Source: Heteronotia binoei (taxonomy: Eukaryota). Taken from it: 64,000 nt of DNA. The stretch is taken from the NCBI RefSeq assembly GCF_032191835.1, contig NC_083230.1, forward strand, positions 95,852,001-95,916,000, written 5' to 3'. Below are positions 1 to 12,745 of this stretch, piece by piece; within the stretch, counting starts at the first letter, position 1, and each line of letters opens with the position of its first letter. The notes beneath the pieces were generated by a model. That model saw only the letters and a list, made by a program, of their open reading frames with translations, did no database searches and was not told the origin of the DNA. The position numbers and the translations under genes are program-made.

Positions 1-1587
1 AGACACCCTGTGAGGTAGGTGGGGCTGAGAGAGCTCTTACAGCAGCTGCCCTTTCAAGGACAACTCTTACAAAAGCTATGGCTGACCCAAGGCCATTCCA
101 GCAGGTGCAAGTGAAGGAGTGGGGAATCAAACCTGGTTCTTCCAGATAAGTGTCCACACACTTAACCACTACACCAAACTGGCTCCGGCATAATCAAAGT
201 CCTGCATAATCAATTTTTCTATTAAATACAAATCTATTTGTTCTTTATTCAAGCTATATCTCAGAATATTCTCCTTAAACCTGCTCATTAAGTTCACTTC
301 TATTGCAATACAAAACAAAAGGATACCATGTCTTAATAAATGTCTTCTGAATCTTATTATTTCCTTCTTGCATTGTCTTATAAAGTGTTATTTTATCCAT
401 CAGTACAGTGCATCAGACTTTGCAAGGTGCAACAAACTCTGTAAGACTCTGCAAGCCTCTTCCAGCTCTCTTTCGGCTGACTTTGAGACTTGTAACAGCG
501 GGAGGAATCCAGGGAATACTGACGTCATCAAACTTGAATAATATCAGAATTAGCACCAACTGTTTTTAAATTGTTTTAAATTTAATTGATTTTATTATGA
601 TGATGCACTGTTTTATGATGATTGTTGTAAGCCGCCCTAAGCCTGCCTCAGCGGGGAGGGCAGGGTATAAATTTAATAAAACCTAAAACCTAAACCTAAA
701 GGCCATTCATCAACATCGGGGAAGTATGGCTGTTTCCAAGCCTGCACCAATAATTGTCTTCCTATACCAGAAGATTTTAAAGCACATATTTCATTTCCTG
801 CTGTATATATATCTTGACGTAAGATACTCAAGAAAGCCAGAGCTATCTTACAACCTACAATTTTGTTTATCTCTTTGAATATATTAGTCCAGTATTTTTG
901 TGCCTGTAGGCACTACCACCAGATGTCAAAAATGCTGCCAATTCTTCTATTGCATAAGCAGCTATTATTAGAGGCTCCTGTCATTTTTGCTACTCTATCA
1001 GGTGTAAAAGATAATTAAAAGATATTTTCTTTAATACCTACATAATACTATATTTCTGAAATATCCTTATGCAATTTAAGACAAGGGACTCTAGTCTGAT
1101 TTAAAATATGCTAGCCACTATTTAAGGGCTGACAAAATGACAACAATGGTTTAGATGGGGTAATCTAGTAGTTATTGACTTGTTCTTCAAAAAGCTTTTG
1201 ACAAAGGGCTTCACCAGAGGTTCCTTCATGAACTTAGCAGTAATGACCTACACAGGGACTGATAATGGACTGATAATGGGCTAACAGGAAAAACAGAGAC
1301 ATAGACAGTGGAGGGAAGAAAGGAGTGGGGTCTCCCCAAAAGTTGTCTTTGAGCCAATTCTATATAATTTATTCAAAAATGCCTTCATGAAACAAACAAG
1401 TTTATGCCTTCATGAAACAAACAGATTACTGAAGATGATGAAAATATATTTAGACTATGAGGGGTGCTGAAAGGATCTTTCCAAACACTGTGAATCAACA
1501 ATGAAATGGCAAATGAAGACCAATTTAATTAACCCTAAAGTGATGTACACTGTGCAGAAAATCCTGACTTAACATTTTTATATAGTG

Positions 1588-1806
1588 GTGATAGGTGGAA
1601 AGTGACAGCAAGTGGCAGCCAACTGGGGACCCCACAGAGTTTTCAAAGTAAGAGACGAACAGAGGTGCTTTGGCATTGTCTGCCTCTGCATAGTGACTTT
1701 GGACTTCCTTGGTGGTCTCCCAATTAAGTACTAGCCATGACCAAAACCCTGCTTAGCTTCTGAGATCTGACAAGACCAGGATAGCCTGGGCTATCCAGGT
1801 CAGCAC
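1588..1806 (-). mobile_element. 5S rRNA-derived SINE (5S-Sauria-like)
   Basis: 5S-like head (cagatctcagaagctaagcaggg..ctagtacttaattgggagaccacc) plus Sauria-type tail. Other copies at about 10383-10578 (+), 23237-23452 (-) and 32915-33112 (-). Confidence 0.8.
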
Positions 1807-1829
1807 ACATGATTGGCCTGAACTAATTT

Positions 1830-2005
1830 GGAACATACAACAAAGTTAGAGTCCAGAGGCACCTTTAAAACCAATAAAGTTTTATTCAAGGTACAAGCTT
1901 TCGTGTGCATATACAAAAAAGCATATACCTTGAATAAAACTTTGTCTTAAAGATGCCACTAGACTCAGATTTTGTTCATCTGCTTCAGACCAACATGGCT
2001 ACCCG
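1830..2005. mobile_element. Foldback mini-element of two inverted PLE 3' termini
   Basis: Arms cacctttaa..aaagttttattcaaggta / taccttgaataaaactttgtcttaaagatgcc; the centre holds half a hammerhead (aagctttcgtgtgca). Confidence 0.75.
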
Positions 2006-3861
2006 CCAAATATAATCAGGAAAGTGTTACTGGAGGTATCCCAATACCAGTGTTGACTCAGTGTGCAGTAGCAGTGAAAAAAAGCAAATGTCATATTGAG
2101 ATTATTAGGAAGAGTTCTGAAAATAAAACCACCAGTACTGTAATGCTTCTATACAAATCTATGCCATGACTGTATTTCCATCCTTCTGTGCAGTTCTAGT
2201 CACCCCATCTCAAAAGGATACAGAGAAATAGGAAAATGGCAAACAAAGTAATCAAGACCTTAAAGCACATTCTGCATAAGGAAAGTCTCAAGTGACTGAA
2301 TCTTTTCAGCTCAGAAAAAAATACAACCAAGGGCAAGATAAAAGTTTATAACATTATGTAGGGATGGGAAAAACAAAAATAGAGAGAAATTTCTCACTCT
2401 CGTAACAGTCAAACTCAAACCATGACCTTCATGTCATCTCTTGATCTAGCTAGATAAGGCTCTTGGTGTGACCCACCAAGGTCTCTTCTTCTGAGCCACT
2501 CTCACCCTATGGGAGAAAAGTAAACACTTGCATTGACTCTCTGCAGAACATGACCCTACCACTTAAAGGATTAATTTCTGACCAGCAATGGTTTATGTTA
2601 AATAATTACTGCTGAAAGGAATAATTGCTTTTTGCTTTCCAGGCTGTTTGGGAAAAGAATATTCTGGGGTATTGTAATTACTTTTGCCTAGTCCACAGTA
2701 GGAGCCATTGACCTGAATGCCTTTTTCAAAGGGGATATGGCATGGTCACTTAATTCAGCAGGATGGCCACTACTTTTCTTGGCATATGGGCAAAGTGCAG
2801 AGAAAAATTTCTCAGCTGAAATGTAGAGAAGAGGGAGTATTCAGCAGTGGATGGGGTATTAAATTCAGACTGGGAACAGCCATGTCAAACTCCTACTCAT
2901 CTATAAAGCCTACCAAACACTTCATTGGTGGTTCAGCCTACCTCATACAGCTAATTAAAAGCATAAAATGGGATTGCTTCATTTTATTTATTTTCATTTA
3001 GTTTATCATAGACCGACTTTTAATAAAGAAGTCTCCAGAGTAGGTTTACAGCACACACACAAAATTCCATTAAAATTCTTTTTTCCCGTAGAGTTATTCC
3101 TCCATCACATCATTTTTTAAAAAACTGATTTTAAACACAAATATTATTCTGTATTTTTTTTTAGGAATAGCAGAATGTAAAAGTAACAGATAAAGTGATA
3201 CACTTCACAGGAATAAAACAGTGAGCTCAGTGCAAAGTCTGTCTATCATATATTTAAAGTATATGCTGAGTGCATACGTCTGTCTACTGCTTGAGGTGTC
3301 TCCCAACTGCCTTTCTTTTCTCCACTAACATAGTAATAGCCACTAGCACAGATGGCCTAAAAAGATGCATGAAGGACAGATCCATCAGTGGCTACTAGCC
3401 ACTGTGACTATAGGGAACTTCCACAATAAAAGTGCAAAACCTCTGAACACCAGTGCTAGGTGACTGCATCAGACAGAGGAAGACCTCAGCCACTGTGCCA
3501 AGTTTATTAACCCTCCAGGGCAACTGGTTGGCAACTGTGTGAAACAGGACGTTGGGTAAGATGGACTACAAGTCTGAGCCAGCAGGGCTCTTATCTGCAG
3601 CAAGCGCCTATGTATTTGTGTGCACAGGCTCCACTGCATAATCAAGACTGGGCAGTGCCTCTGTTAATTCAAACAAAGCTATGTAGAAAGGGTTCGTTAT
3701 AGACATTCAGCAGACTGCATTAACATTATGGGTAGGGGGTTCAATCCTGCTCCCCCCTGCATTTAATCAGTATAAGTGGATGTTTAGAGGTGTGAACTGG
3801 CGGAGACTGACCAAGAGAGAGATTTTGGGGTCATGGCAGATAACTCACTGAAAATGTTGAG

Positions 3862-4607
3862 AAAGTGTGCCTATGCTATGCTGGGAATTATTAGGAAGGA
3901 AATTGAAAATAAATCAAACCAGTATCATAATGCTCCTGTATAAATCGATGGTGTGGCCTCATTTGGAGTACTGTGTACAGTTCTGGTCACCACACCTCAA
4001 AAAAAATATTATAGCATTGGAAAAAGTTCAGAAAAGGGCAACTAGAATGATTAAAGGGTTGGAACACTTTCCCTATGAAGAAAGGTTAAAACACTTGGGG
4101 CTCTTTAGCTTGGAGAAACGTCAATTGAGGGGTGACATGATAGAGTTTTACAAAATTATGCATGGGATAGAGAAGGCAGAGAAAGAAGTACTTTTCTCCC
4201 TTTCTCACAATACAAAAACTCATGGACACTCAATTAAATTATTCAACAGCTGGGTTGGAACAGATAAAAGGAAGTATTTCTTCACCCAACGGGTGATTAA
4301 TACATGAAATTCACTGCCACAGAAAGCTGCAGCGGCTACAAGCATAGGCAGCTTCAAGAGGGGATTCGATAAATTTAAGGAGCAGCGGTCCATCAGATGG
4401 AACTCTCTGTCTGGGGCAGTGATGTTCTGTATTATTGGTGCTGGGGTGGGGAAGAACTGTGGGAGGGATTCTAGTGTCCTGGCCCCACTATGGACCTCCT
4501 GATGACACCTGGTTTTTTGACCACTGTGTGACACAGAATGTTAGACAGGATGGGCCACTGGCCTGATCCAACATGGCTTCTCTTATGTTCTTATGTTCTC
4601 TTATGTC
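3862..4607 (+). mobile_element. CR1 LINE 3' fragment
   Basis: LYKSMVWPHLEYCVQFWSPH..LEKVQKRATRMI..RLKHLGLFSLEKRQLRGD; 3' UTR hairpin region and (ttcttatg)n tail. Confidence 0.92.
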
Positions 4608-7600
4608 TAAAGACAGATATTTAAAGATATGTCTCTCTCCAGAATGGCAATTTTGGGAGAAAAAATTATTATACAAGAAATGATGGGTTTAGTGAATTTA
4701 CTGCACCCCACTCCAAAAGAAAAGACCCAAGAGATACTGCAGGACACTACCTCTGGCAGAATGTCAGTTAAAATGTCTGGGAAGTGGCAATTAAGGACAA
4801 AGAGCAGGAGAAACACTTTGTCAGGAGTTTTCTTGTTTTTAACCTAGAAGATTATATACTTTATAAAATTTATATGCTGTCTCTCCAGACTTGACGAAGG
4901 CAGTTCACAACAATAAAACACCACCAAACAAACAGGCAATAGAAAAACAAATTATACTAATAAAATACATTAACAACATAATCTGACGCAAACACGACAC
5001 TGCACTAGGTGCACCACCGGTCTGATCTAGTAGGGATCTTCATACGAGGAGGAGGCCAGAGAGGAGACCACAACAGACACCCTGTGGGGCCGAGAGAGCT
5101 CTGACAGAAACTGCTCTTGAAAAAACAGCTCTAAGAGAACTGGGACAGACCCAAGGTCACACCAGCAGCCGCATGTGGAAGGAAGACTGGGAAATCAAAA
5201 CTGGGTCTCCAGATTAGAGTCTACTGCTCTTAACCACTACACTAAACTGAGACCATCAGGAACACCAAACTTTGTTAACATCAATCTCAAATGAAACAGC
5301 CTGTCCAAAAGAAATGCATTCTAGAAGTGACAGTTTCCTAACTGCAATTTTATTTTAAACTAATTTAATTTAATTTAATTTTTTATTTATATCCCACCCT
5401 ATCCTGCAAGCAGGCTCACAACTGTAAAAACAAACATCAGGGTAAAATCATCATAAAACAGTTTCAATAAACCAGGGAAGCATATTCAAAGAGACAGACA
5501 CTATTTCAGACACTAGCTGTTGGAGGTAAAAAATCTTACAACTACCTCTGGCTTGACAACTGATGCACATACCAAAGTTCCAGCTGCTGGTGCCACATGC
5601 TGATCAAGAGATGTGAAGGCTGAGGACCTGAGCAGAAGTCTACATTGCTTTTAGCGTGCTAATGTGAGCACTGTCACTCCCAAGGTAAGAATGAATGCAC
5701 ACAGGAGCAGTAAATGGTATCAGTCTCTGCCTTACATCCTTCACACATGGCGCCAGACTCTGGAATGCATGTGCGGCAGCTACTAAGTCAGAGAATATTT
5801 ACCTGGGCTGACCAGCGGGATATAAATTATTAAGATAATACATAAAAGCCATCCCTCAAATAAACTTGCACTACAAAATGTAGTAAAAAGCCAAATGATG
5901 ACTGATCATTCCACTTCAACCTCCCTCCTCCAATCATTTTGTAGACTCTTTCCTGGATCAGAAGCAAAGCTGTGGATTACAGAAAAACAGCAGACACACA
6001 TGATGAAAAGGGAACAGAACAATTTAGGAGATCCTAGATTGAAGAAAGAAAAGTCATCCAGCCTGAGAAAGAGTCCTAAAAAACTCAAAAGCTTGCACAC
6101 TGTTTCCTGATGCACACTCTCAAAAAGCCATTTCAGTCTGAGTAAGAGAAATTCCACAATTCTGGTTATTGGAATTTGTCCATGGACCAACAGAGCAACT
6201 TGAAACTTGCAGCAATCTGTGTGTGTGGGGAGGGGGCTTTCCTTCCAGTATGGAGAATTTCCTTCTTTCCTTACACATCAAGCTGAATGAGAGTCTGAGC
6301 ATTTTTAAAAAGTAAACCAACTCCTAGGTTCAGTTACACCCCTCAATTATCACCACCAATGAGAAGTAAGCTTATTTTCCAGCATACCCAAAGGCTCAAG
6401 GCATGTATATTATAAGATAGATAAAAAATAGAGACAGCTTTGACTTTAGATTGAAAGCTATAGCAGCAGGAGAATGGAAATAAGCCATTACTACAACTCT
6501 CCACTCTGAGTCTGGGTCCCCCCCCCCCCTTTTCAAAATTTATTACTAGTTTCCCTCCCTATAATTTAGGCAGCAAAAAAAAATACCCATCTGTCTCAGT
6601 TGTTCCACTTGGGAATCTGGTCCTGGAAATTTAAAGCTTTTCAAAAAACTTATGGAACACTTTGTTGCTGTATCCAAGATGCAATGAAATGTTGTGATGC
6701 AATGAAAACACCATCACTGCAATTTTCCAGACAATGGAAATTTGTCACTGAGTGCTGTGAATGTACACACAATATTTTCCAGTATGGAGAATTTGCAATC
6801 CTTTACAGCCATATAGCAACCCGCTGTTGTGGTCAATTATGAATTGTGTGCCACAGATGAAAAACTGAGGCTAAAGGCAGCTCAAGGCAGTTGGGATGAC
6901 TGGAATAGAAAATCCAAATAAGCAACTCCAGGGGTGATAAAATTTCCCAATGTCCTTTTCAAAAAGTACCCCAGAACCTTATCTAATGACTGGGCTGGTC
7001 CAAATAGAGGCTAAAGGATAATGATTCACTTCTGGGAAGCACAAGGTATGTCATTAAGACCCAAATCTGATGACAGATTAGAACCCAAACCCAAACTTAG
7101 TCCCTGATCAGGGAATGATCCTGGCCTCTGATTGTGTACTAGGAGGAAAGGGTGTATGGGATGAGGGGGTATAGAGAGACAGAGAAATAGTATTTGTACA
7201 ATTGCCTGACAGGAAATAAAAAAGATATTACACAATCCAATTGCTACATCACTTTCAGACTATGTAGTTTTTGTTTGTCCTTTCAGGGTGAATTGAGAAA
7301 CTGATGATTATGCAACTTATATACCTAGCAATTCTGTTTCAATATTTCAGTTGGGTTTTTCCAAATTGGCACATGCCAAAGTCAAGGTAATGTCAAGGAC
7401 ACAAGAAATTATCCATGATTCACAGTGCACCATACTCATTAAGACTTCTGACAACTTTTCACCTTTTCAAGAACACAACCTTTCAATTGTACCGGTAACA
7501 TAAATGGTATTTCTTCATCAAGGATAAAATCATCTCATTTCCAGTAATTTTAATGGGGATTAACCATGTAGAATGAAGAATCAGCAGTTAATGCATTGTG

Positions 7601-7854
7601 GCAATGTTAAACAGACCTAGTATTCTCAAAACTCAAAAAAAGAAGAAAGTCGGAATCGAAGCTGCTTATATTCAAATAGTTTCTGCATTCTTTTATGAGC
7701 CCTGGAGCTCTCTCAGGCAAAGGGAAGCGGAGAGAGATTTCTCCACCATTGCCTCCACAGACTTTCCCCTAAAATCCAGCCAGTGTACTCAATAAGGGAT
7801 CACTCTTGTTAACTCCACACAAATTCCCCTAAGATCCAGTCGATGTACTTAATG

Positions 7855-7997
7855 GCTGCGGTCACATACACTAAATAATAATGCAACTTCAATCCACTTT
7901 CAGTGCACTTTCCAACTGGATTTTGCTAGTTCACACAGTAAAATCCAGTTGGAAAATGGATTGAAAGTGTATTATTTAATGTGTGTAATTGCACCCA
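7855..7997. repeat. Palindromic MITE-like hairpin
   Basis: ttccaactggatttt..aaaatccagttggaaa core inside aataatgca..caatcc / ggattg..gtattatt arms. Confidence 0.6.
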
Positions 7998-8199
7998 ATA
8001 AGAGAACTCCCCACCACCACCACCACCACCACCTCGTTATTTCACTGTAGTGGAAAGTGAGTTTTGAAGCTGCTGGGCATCCCAACGCCAAGTTTTCCTC
8101 ACGAGGTACCTCGTCCCCCAACACAACTCTGCCCCAGAACCACACCTGCCAAAGGCCATTCACTTTTTCTCCGCAGCTTCCCCGCCCCCCCCCCCCCCC

Positions 8200-8720
8200 A
8201 ATAATCAAGCAGACGCACAAATGCCACAAACTGTCCCCAAATACGGCTCGATGATAGGAGTCTGCAGGTTCCAACGACGCTGCCCGTTCGGGCCCCCTCC
8301 CTGGCCTCCTCCCCCCCCCCCTTCCAGCCCTCTCGCCCGTCGAGAGCCCCCCCCCCCCGTGCCCGAAGTTGCCCTGGGCTTGCAGAGCCGCGGCAAAGCG
8401 ACCCTTCTGCCCTGGATCCAGTTCGGCGGCGGCTCTCCGGAGCAGAGCCCTCGGCTCTGGCGCCCCGAATCCAGCCCCCGAGGAGCCCCGGCGCCTACCT
8501 ACCTACCTCGCTCAAGGGCAGTAGCCGGGCTGCCCCAAGTCTGCTTGTCCGTTCTCATCTTGGGGGACTCCAGCAGACTCAGCCTAGCAGCGGCGGAAGC
8601 ACTGAAAGCGGGCTCTGGTTGCATAGTTCTCTCTGGCTCCCCCACCCCCCTTTTGTTAGCAGAGTTCCTCACAGGCCAGTTTTTTAAAAAGCATTTCTCT
8701 CTCTCTCTCTCTCCTCCCCT
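8200..8720 (-). promoter_or_regulatory. CpG island/promoter with - strand first-exon donor (candidate DENND2A promoter)
   Basis: High GC and CpG with G/C runs. - strand donor GAG|gtaggtaggtag, exon ending at 8507. Gene identity is inferred only from human DENND2A-ADCK2 head-to-head synteny. Confidence 0.6.
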
Positions 8721-10382
8721 CCGCTCCAGAAAGGCTCAGCTTCCACTGTGAAACCTTTCCAGAGTCTCCAGTTTCTTGCCCAACAAAACCTCTCTTCCTC
8801 CTCCTGCTTTCTCCTCCCCAAACCATCAGTCCCTTATCTCCCCTGCTCCCGCCTTTTTGCAAGGGTTTATTTCCCCCCCTCCCCAACTTCGCCTCTCCCC
8901 TTTTCTCTAGCTTCTTTCCAAAGTTTAGGATGTGAATGCGCTCTCCTCTCCCTCCCCCTTTCTCTCCCCCTTCCTCTTTCTTCCCACCCTTCCCTAGCCT
9001 GACCCATCCTGACTCCTTTCCAGTGAGCTAATCTGCAGCTGGCTGAGGAACAGGCCCCATTGCCATGGAAACCCAGAATACTTGCGGACTTGGGGAAGCT
9101 ACAGTCAACAGGACTTTCGAACTGGACAACACGGGGGGCATCAGGGAAGAGAGTTAACCCGTTCTGCCCTGCTAACGCCCACCCACCCTTTCCCATATTT
9201 CTTTTCAGAGGTACCCAGCCGACTCATCTTTTTTTAAAAAAAGTTTTCTTTCTTGGGCCCAATTTATCCACCCGGATCAGTTATTGTAAAATGATTTAGC
9301 AAGCAATCCTAAACAGTCCCATTTGATTCCACTGGGCTGCCTCCCAAGAAACTGTTTCTAGGGCTGCAGCCAGAGCAGGAAGTGATGTTTGAGAGTGGTG
9401 GCTGAATCCATACCTTATTTAATTTTTTGCATATGGAATAATTAATGCAACCAGGGAACCTGACAGCCAACATCCACCAAAAAAAAAGCCCTGCCAAAGA
9501 ATATTTACTTTGGCATGCTTCAATGCCCTTTCTGGAAGGCAGAAACCCCTGTATTCCTCATACACAACAGGTGTGTTCCTGCCAAACAGGTAAGGTTGAA
9601 AGAGCATGTATTATTGCACTACTCCAACTATAGTGACATATGCTCACAATATATCACACCAGTGTTAGTAAACTTCCTGGAAAGATTAGAGCAGTTCTAC
9701 ATCTCTCTTTCTCTCTCTGATCTTTCTTCAGAAATAACTTGTAACATCACAAAATTTTGTATGAGGGCATACAGCAAAAGTAAGCAGATGGTTAAATCCT
9801 TAAAACAAGACTGGACTATAATGACATCTTTAACATCGTTTTTTGCCTTCAAAACCATAGAGTTTGCTCAAAAACTGGAGTGTCATCCTGCTGTTGGTGA
9901 TGTGATGATGTCACTCCCAGGTGATGTCATTGCATTGGAGATATCATGTAGTGTCTTCCCTGTTTGAGGGTGGGGTTCCCCCTGCTGGCCAGAGGTGGAT
10001 CAAAGCCTTCAAAAGCAGAGGAAACCCAGCTGGGACCTAAAACCCCTTTTTAAAGTTGATTTTGATATAGAAATAAACTGAATTTAATGTTTAATTCTGG
10101 TTCTAAGCTTTTGTGGGCAGGCACACTCTGAACCACCACTGTGATTGTGCAAAGCTTGAAAGGGGAAGGGCCTTCAATTTCATCCACTTTATCAGTTCAT
10201 CCACTTCTCCTCACCCCTTTTAATTAGCTAATTTGGGAGTAATTCATTCCTTGCCTCATTCATTTTACCCTAACCAAATCAATTCCCACTTATATACTGT
10301 AACCTTTAAAAGATGTAAAACTGAGAAAGAATTCCAATTGATCTAAAACCACACCTGATTTATAAGCACTCCCAAAATGGCC

Positions 10383-10578
10383 ACCCTGACCTGGATAGGC
10401 CAAGCTAGCCGCATCTTGTTAGATCTCAAAAGTTAAGCAGGTTCAGCCCTGGTTAGCGTTTGGAAGGGAGATCTCTGAGGAACAGCAGAAGCAGGCAATG
10501 GCAAACCACCTCTGAATATCTCTTTTCTTGATAACCCATAAGCCAGTTGTGACTTGATTGCATTTTCTACCACCACCA
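10383..10578 (+). mobile_element. 5S-derived SINE copy
   Basis: ccctgacctggataggccaagctagccgcatcttgttagatctcaaaagttaagcaggttcagccctggttagcgtttggaagggaga. Confidence 0.75.
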
Positions 10579-11335
10579 AAATGGCATCCACTTTGTTATT
10601 AATTTCCCTAATCTAATTTGGCATGATCCCAATTGACTAGGTGGATGGGTGCTGGTACCCTAAACCAATCATGTTATACTGGGCTGTCATCAGAGCACCA
10701 ACATTATTGTTACTGCTGTGGTGTCTGGATAGGTGCTATGACTGCCACCTATTGGACCAACAACTACATCCCTGAGGCTGTTTTTAGTTTTATTTTTATT
10801 ACATTATTTGTAATAAAAGGCAGATTACACAAGTGTGAATCAATACAATCAACAGGATAGAATGCCCAATAAGCAGCATAATAGGATTAGGATTGCTAAA
10901 ATCATTAAAAATGCTCAAGTATTAAAATGGCATGGGAAATAATACAGAAATTACATAGCAGGATAATACACACAGAGCAACAGATGGAAATACACATCAA
11001 TACTATACACAGTTCCTTTACCTTCCTTACAACATGTTTCTAGCCCTAGAACAAAGTTTAAATCCAGTGGCGCCTTTAAGACCAATGAAGATTTATTCTG
11101 GGTCTAGCCCTTGTGTAAGAATGCCCTCATGAATAATTCAGGTTTGCATAGTTTGTAGAAAGCCAGCAGAGTGGGAACTTTCCTGACCTTCTCAGGCAGA
11201 CCATTTCATAAGATGAGGACCACAACAAAGAATGGGCATGTACAGGCAATTTTTTTATCTTACCCATTTTCAGTGTGGCACCTGTAGAAGAAAGAAACTG
11301 TTGTGGTGGAGTATAATGAGAGAGATGGTCTCGTA

Positions 11336-11614
11336 CAGGGGTGGCCAAACTTGCTTAACGTAAGAGCCACATAGAATAAAGGTCAGATGTTTGAGAGCCT
11401 CAGGACATGAGCACCAGATGTTTGAGAGCCACAAGAAGGAAGGAAGGGTGGAAAGAAATCAAATAGGTGGGGGGAGGGAGACATAGAAAGAAAGCAACTT
11501 TAACTTTAAATGCATTCTTCCAGCCAGTCAACAGGGCAGTGGGGGCTTCAGGAGCCACACAATATGTGTGAAAGAGCCACATGCGGCTCCCAAGCCACAG
11601 TTTGGCCACCCCTG
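11336..11614. mobile_element. hAT MITE (TIR CAGGGGTGGCCAAAC)
   Basis: Perfect 8-bp TSD gtctcgta. Siblings at 33193-33555 (TSD gcttagat), 53914-54181 and 60019-60291. Confidence 0.88.
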
Positions 11615-12439
11615 GTCTCGTAGATATGAAGATCCAAATCCATGAAGGGCTTTGTATGTGATAGCTAATACCTGGAACTGAACCCGGTAGGGCAGCCTCC
11701 CCTATGCAGCCAATAGAGTAGCTGTAAAATGAAAGTAATATGCCCGGTCCACCAAGTTCCTTATAATAGCTGAGCTGTGGCATTCTGCACCAACTGGAGT
11801 CTCTGTGTTGACTTTAAGGAGAGACTGTAGAGTGCACTACATTATTTTAGTCTTAATTCCACTATAGCATGGATCCAGGTGACCAGATCAGCCAAATCAA
11901 GCTGGGGGACTATCTCCTTGACTAAATTATGTTGGAAGAAAGCATTTATTTCTGGGTTGCCTGCTTCACCAACATTAACTAGCTCTTCCAACAGTTATGT
12001 TGGATTCCATATCGCCTTTAGGCTCCTAACCAAGCCAACAAGGGTTAGCTGAGCCCCATCAGCGGGGGAACCACAATATCCTTTGAGATTTCTATCTCCC
12101 CAGCCAGCATTACCCCTGTCTTCTCAGGATTTAGTTTCAATTTGTTCACTCTTTACCATTTAACCCCAGCAGACAGGCAGCAATTCAGGGCCTGTACTGC
12201 ATCACCAGGAGATTTGGATACAGAGATATAGAGGTGAGCAGGGCTTTTTTTTTTTTTTTTGCAGAAAACACCTAGCACAAACTCATTTGCATATGAGGTC
12301 ACACCCCTGGCATCACCATTGTTTCATTCTGAACTTATTTGCATATGAGGCCACACACCCTGACATCAAGCCAGCTGGACTTTGTTCCTTTGCATTCCTG
12401 CTCAAAAAAAGCCTTGGAGCTGGGTGTTGTCAGCATATT

Positions 12440-12745
12440 AATGACAGCCACCTGCAGAACTGCCGATTATTTGTCCTAAGGTCTTTACATAGAACAGCAT
12501 GGGTGGGATAGGATTGCTCCCTGTAGAATCCCACAGGATAGGTCCCATGCTGATGACAACTGGTCTCCATAGGCAATCCTCTGAGTCTGTGTCCATGAGG
12601 AATGAATTGAACCAGCACCCCTCCACACACACACTCACTTCTGCCTCCAAACAAGATGGCATGATCCACTGTATCAAAGGCTGCAGATAAATCCAGAAGG
12701 AGCAACAAAAAGCCATGGCCTTTGTCCGCATTCGGACAGAGGTGA
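12440..12745 (-). mobile_element. L2 RT fragment
   Basis: GFRLGCGTEEALVALADHL..LLLLLDLSAAFDTVDHAIL. Confidence 0.85.

Larger units (their letters stand above)
1100..2420 (+). mobile_element. Older degenerate CR1 fragments, interrupted by a 5S-SINE and a PLE foldback
   Basis: Residual CR1 phrases such as LLYKSM, ttctagtcaccccatctcaaaagg and gatgtagtttattgacttgttc-like text. Confidence 0.5.

Noticed and set aside
5895-6190. ORFs that might be DENND2A coding exons
   Set aside because: No resemblance to the DENND2A N-terminus as I recall it and no convincing splice sites; contains repeat-derived text.
8221-9300. Pro/Gly-rich ORFs on both strands
   Set aside because: Low-complexity CpG-island and pyrimidine-tract sequence with few stops; no recognisable domain or splice-phase support.
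10383-10480. 5S rRNA-like sequence (also at about 1720-1806, 23370-23452 and 33035-33112)
   Set aside because: Degenerate, altered 5' end and fused to a SINE tail; these are SINE heads, not rRNA genes.
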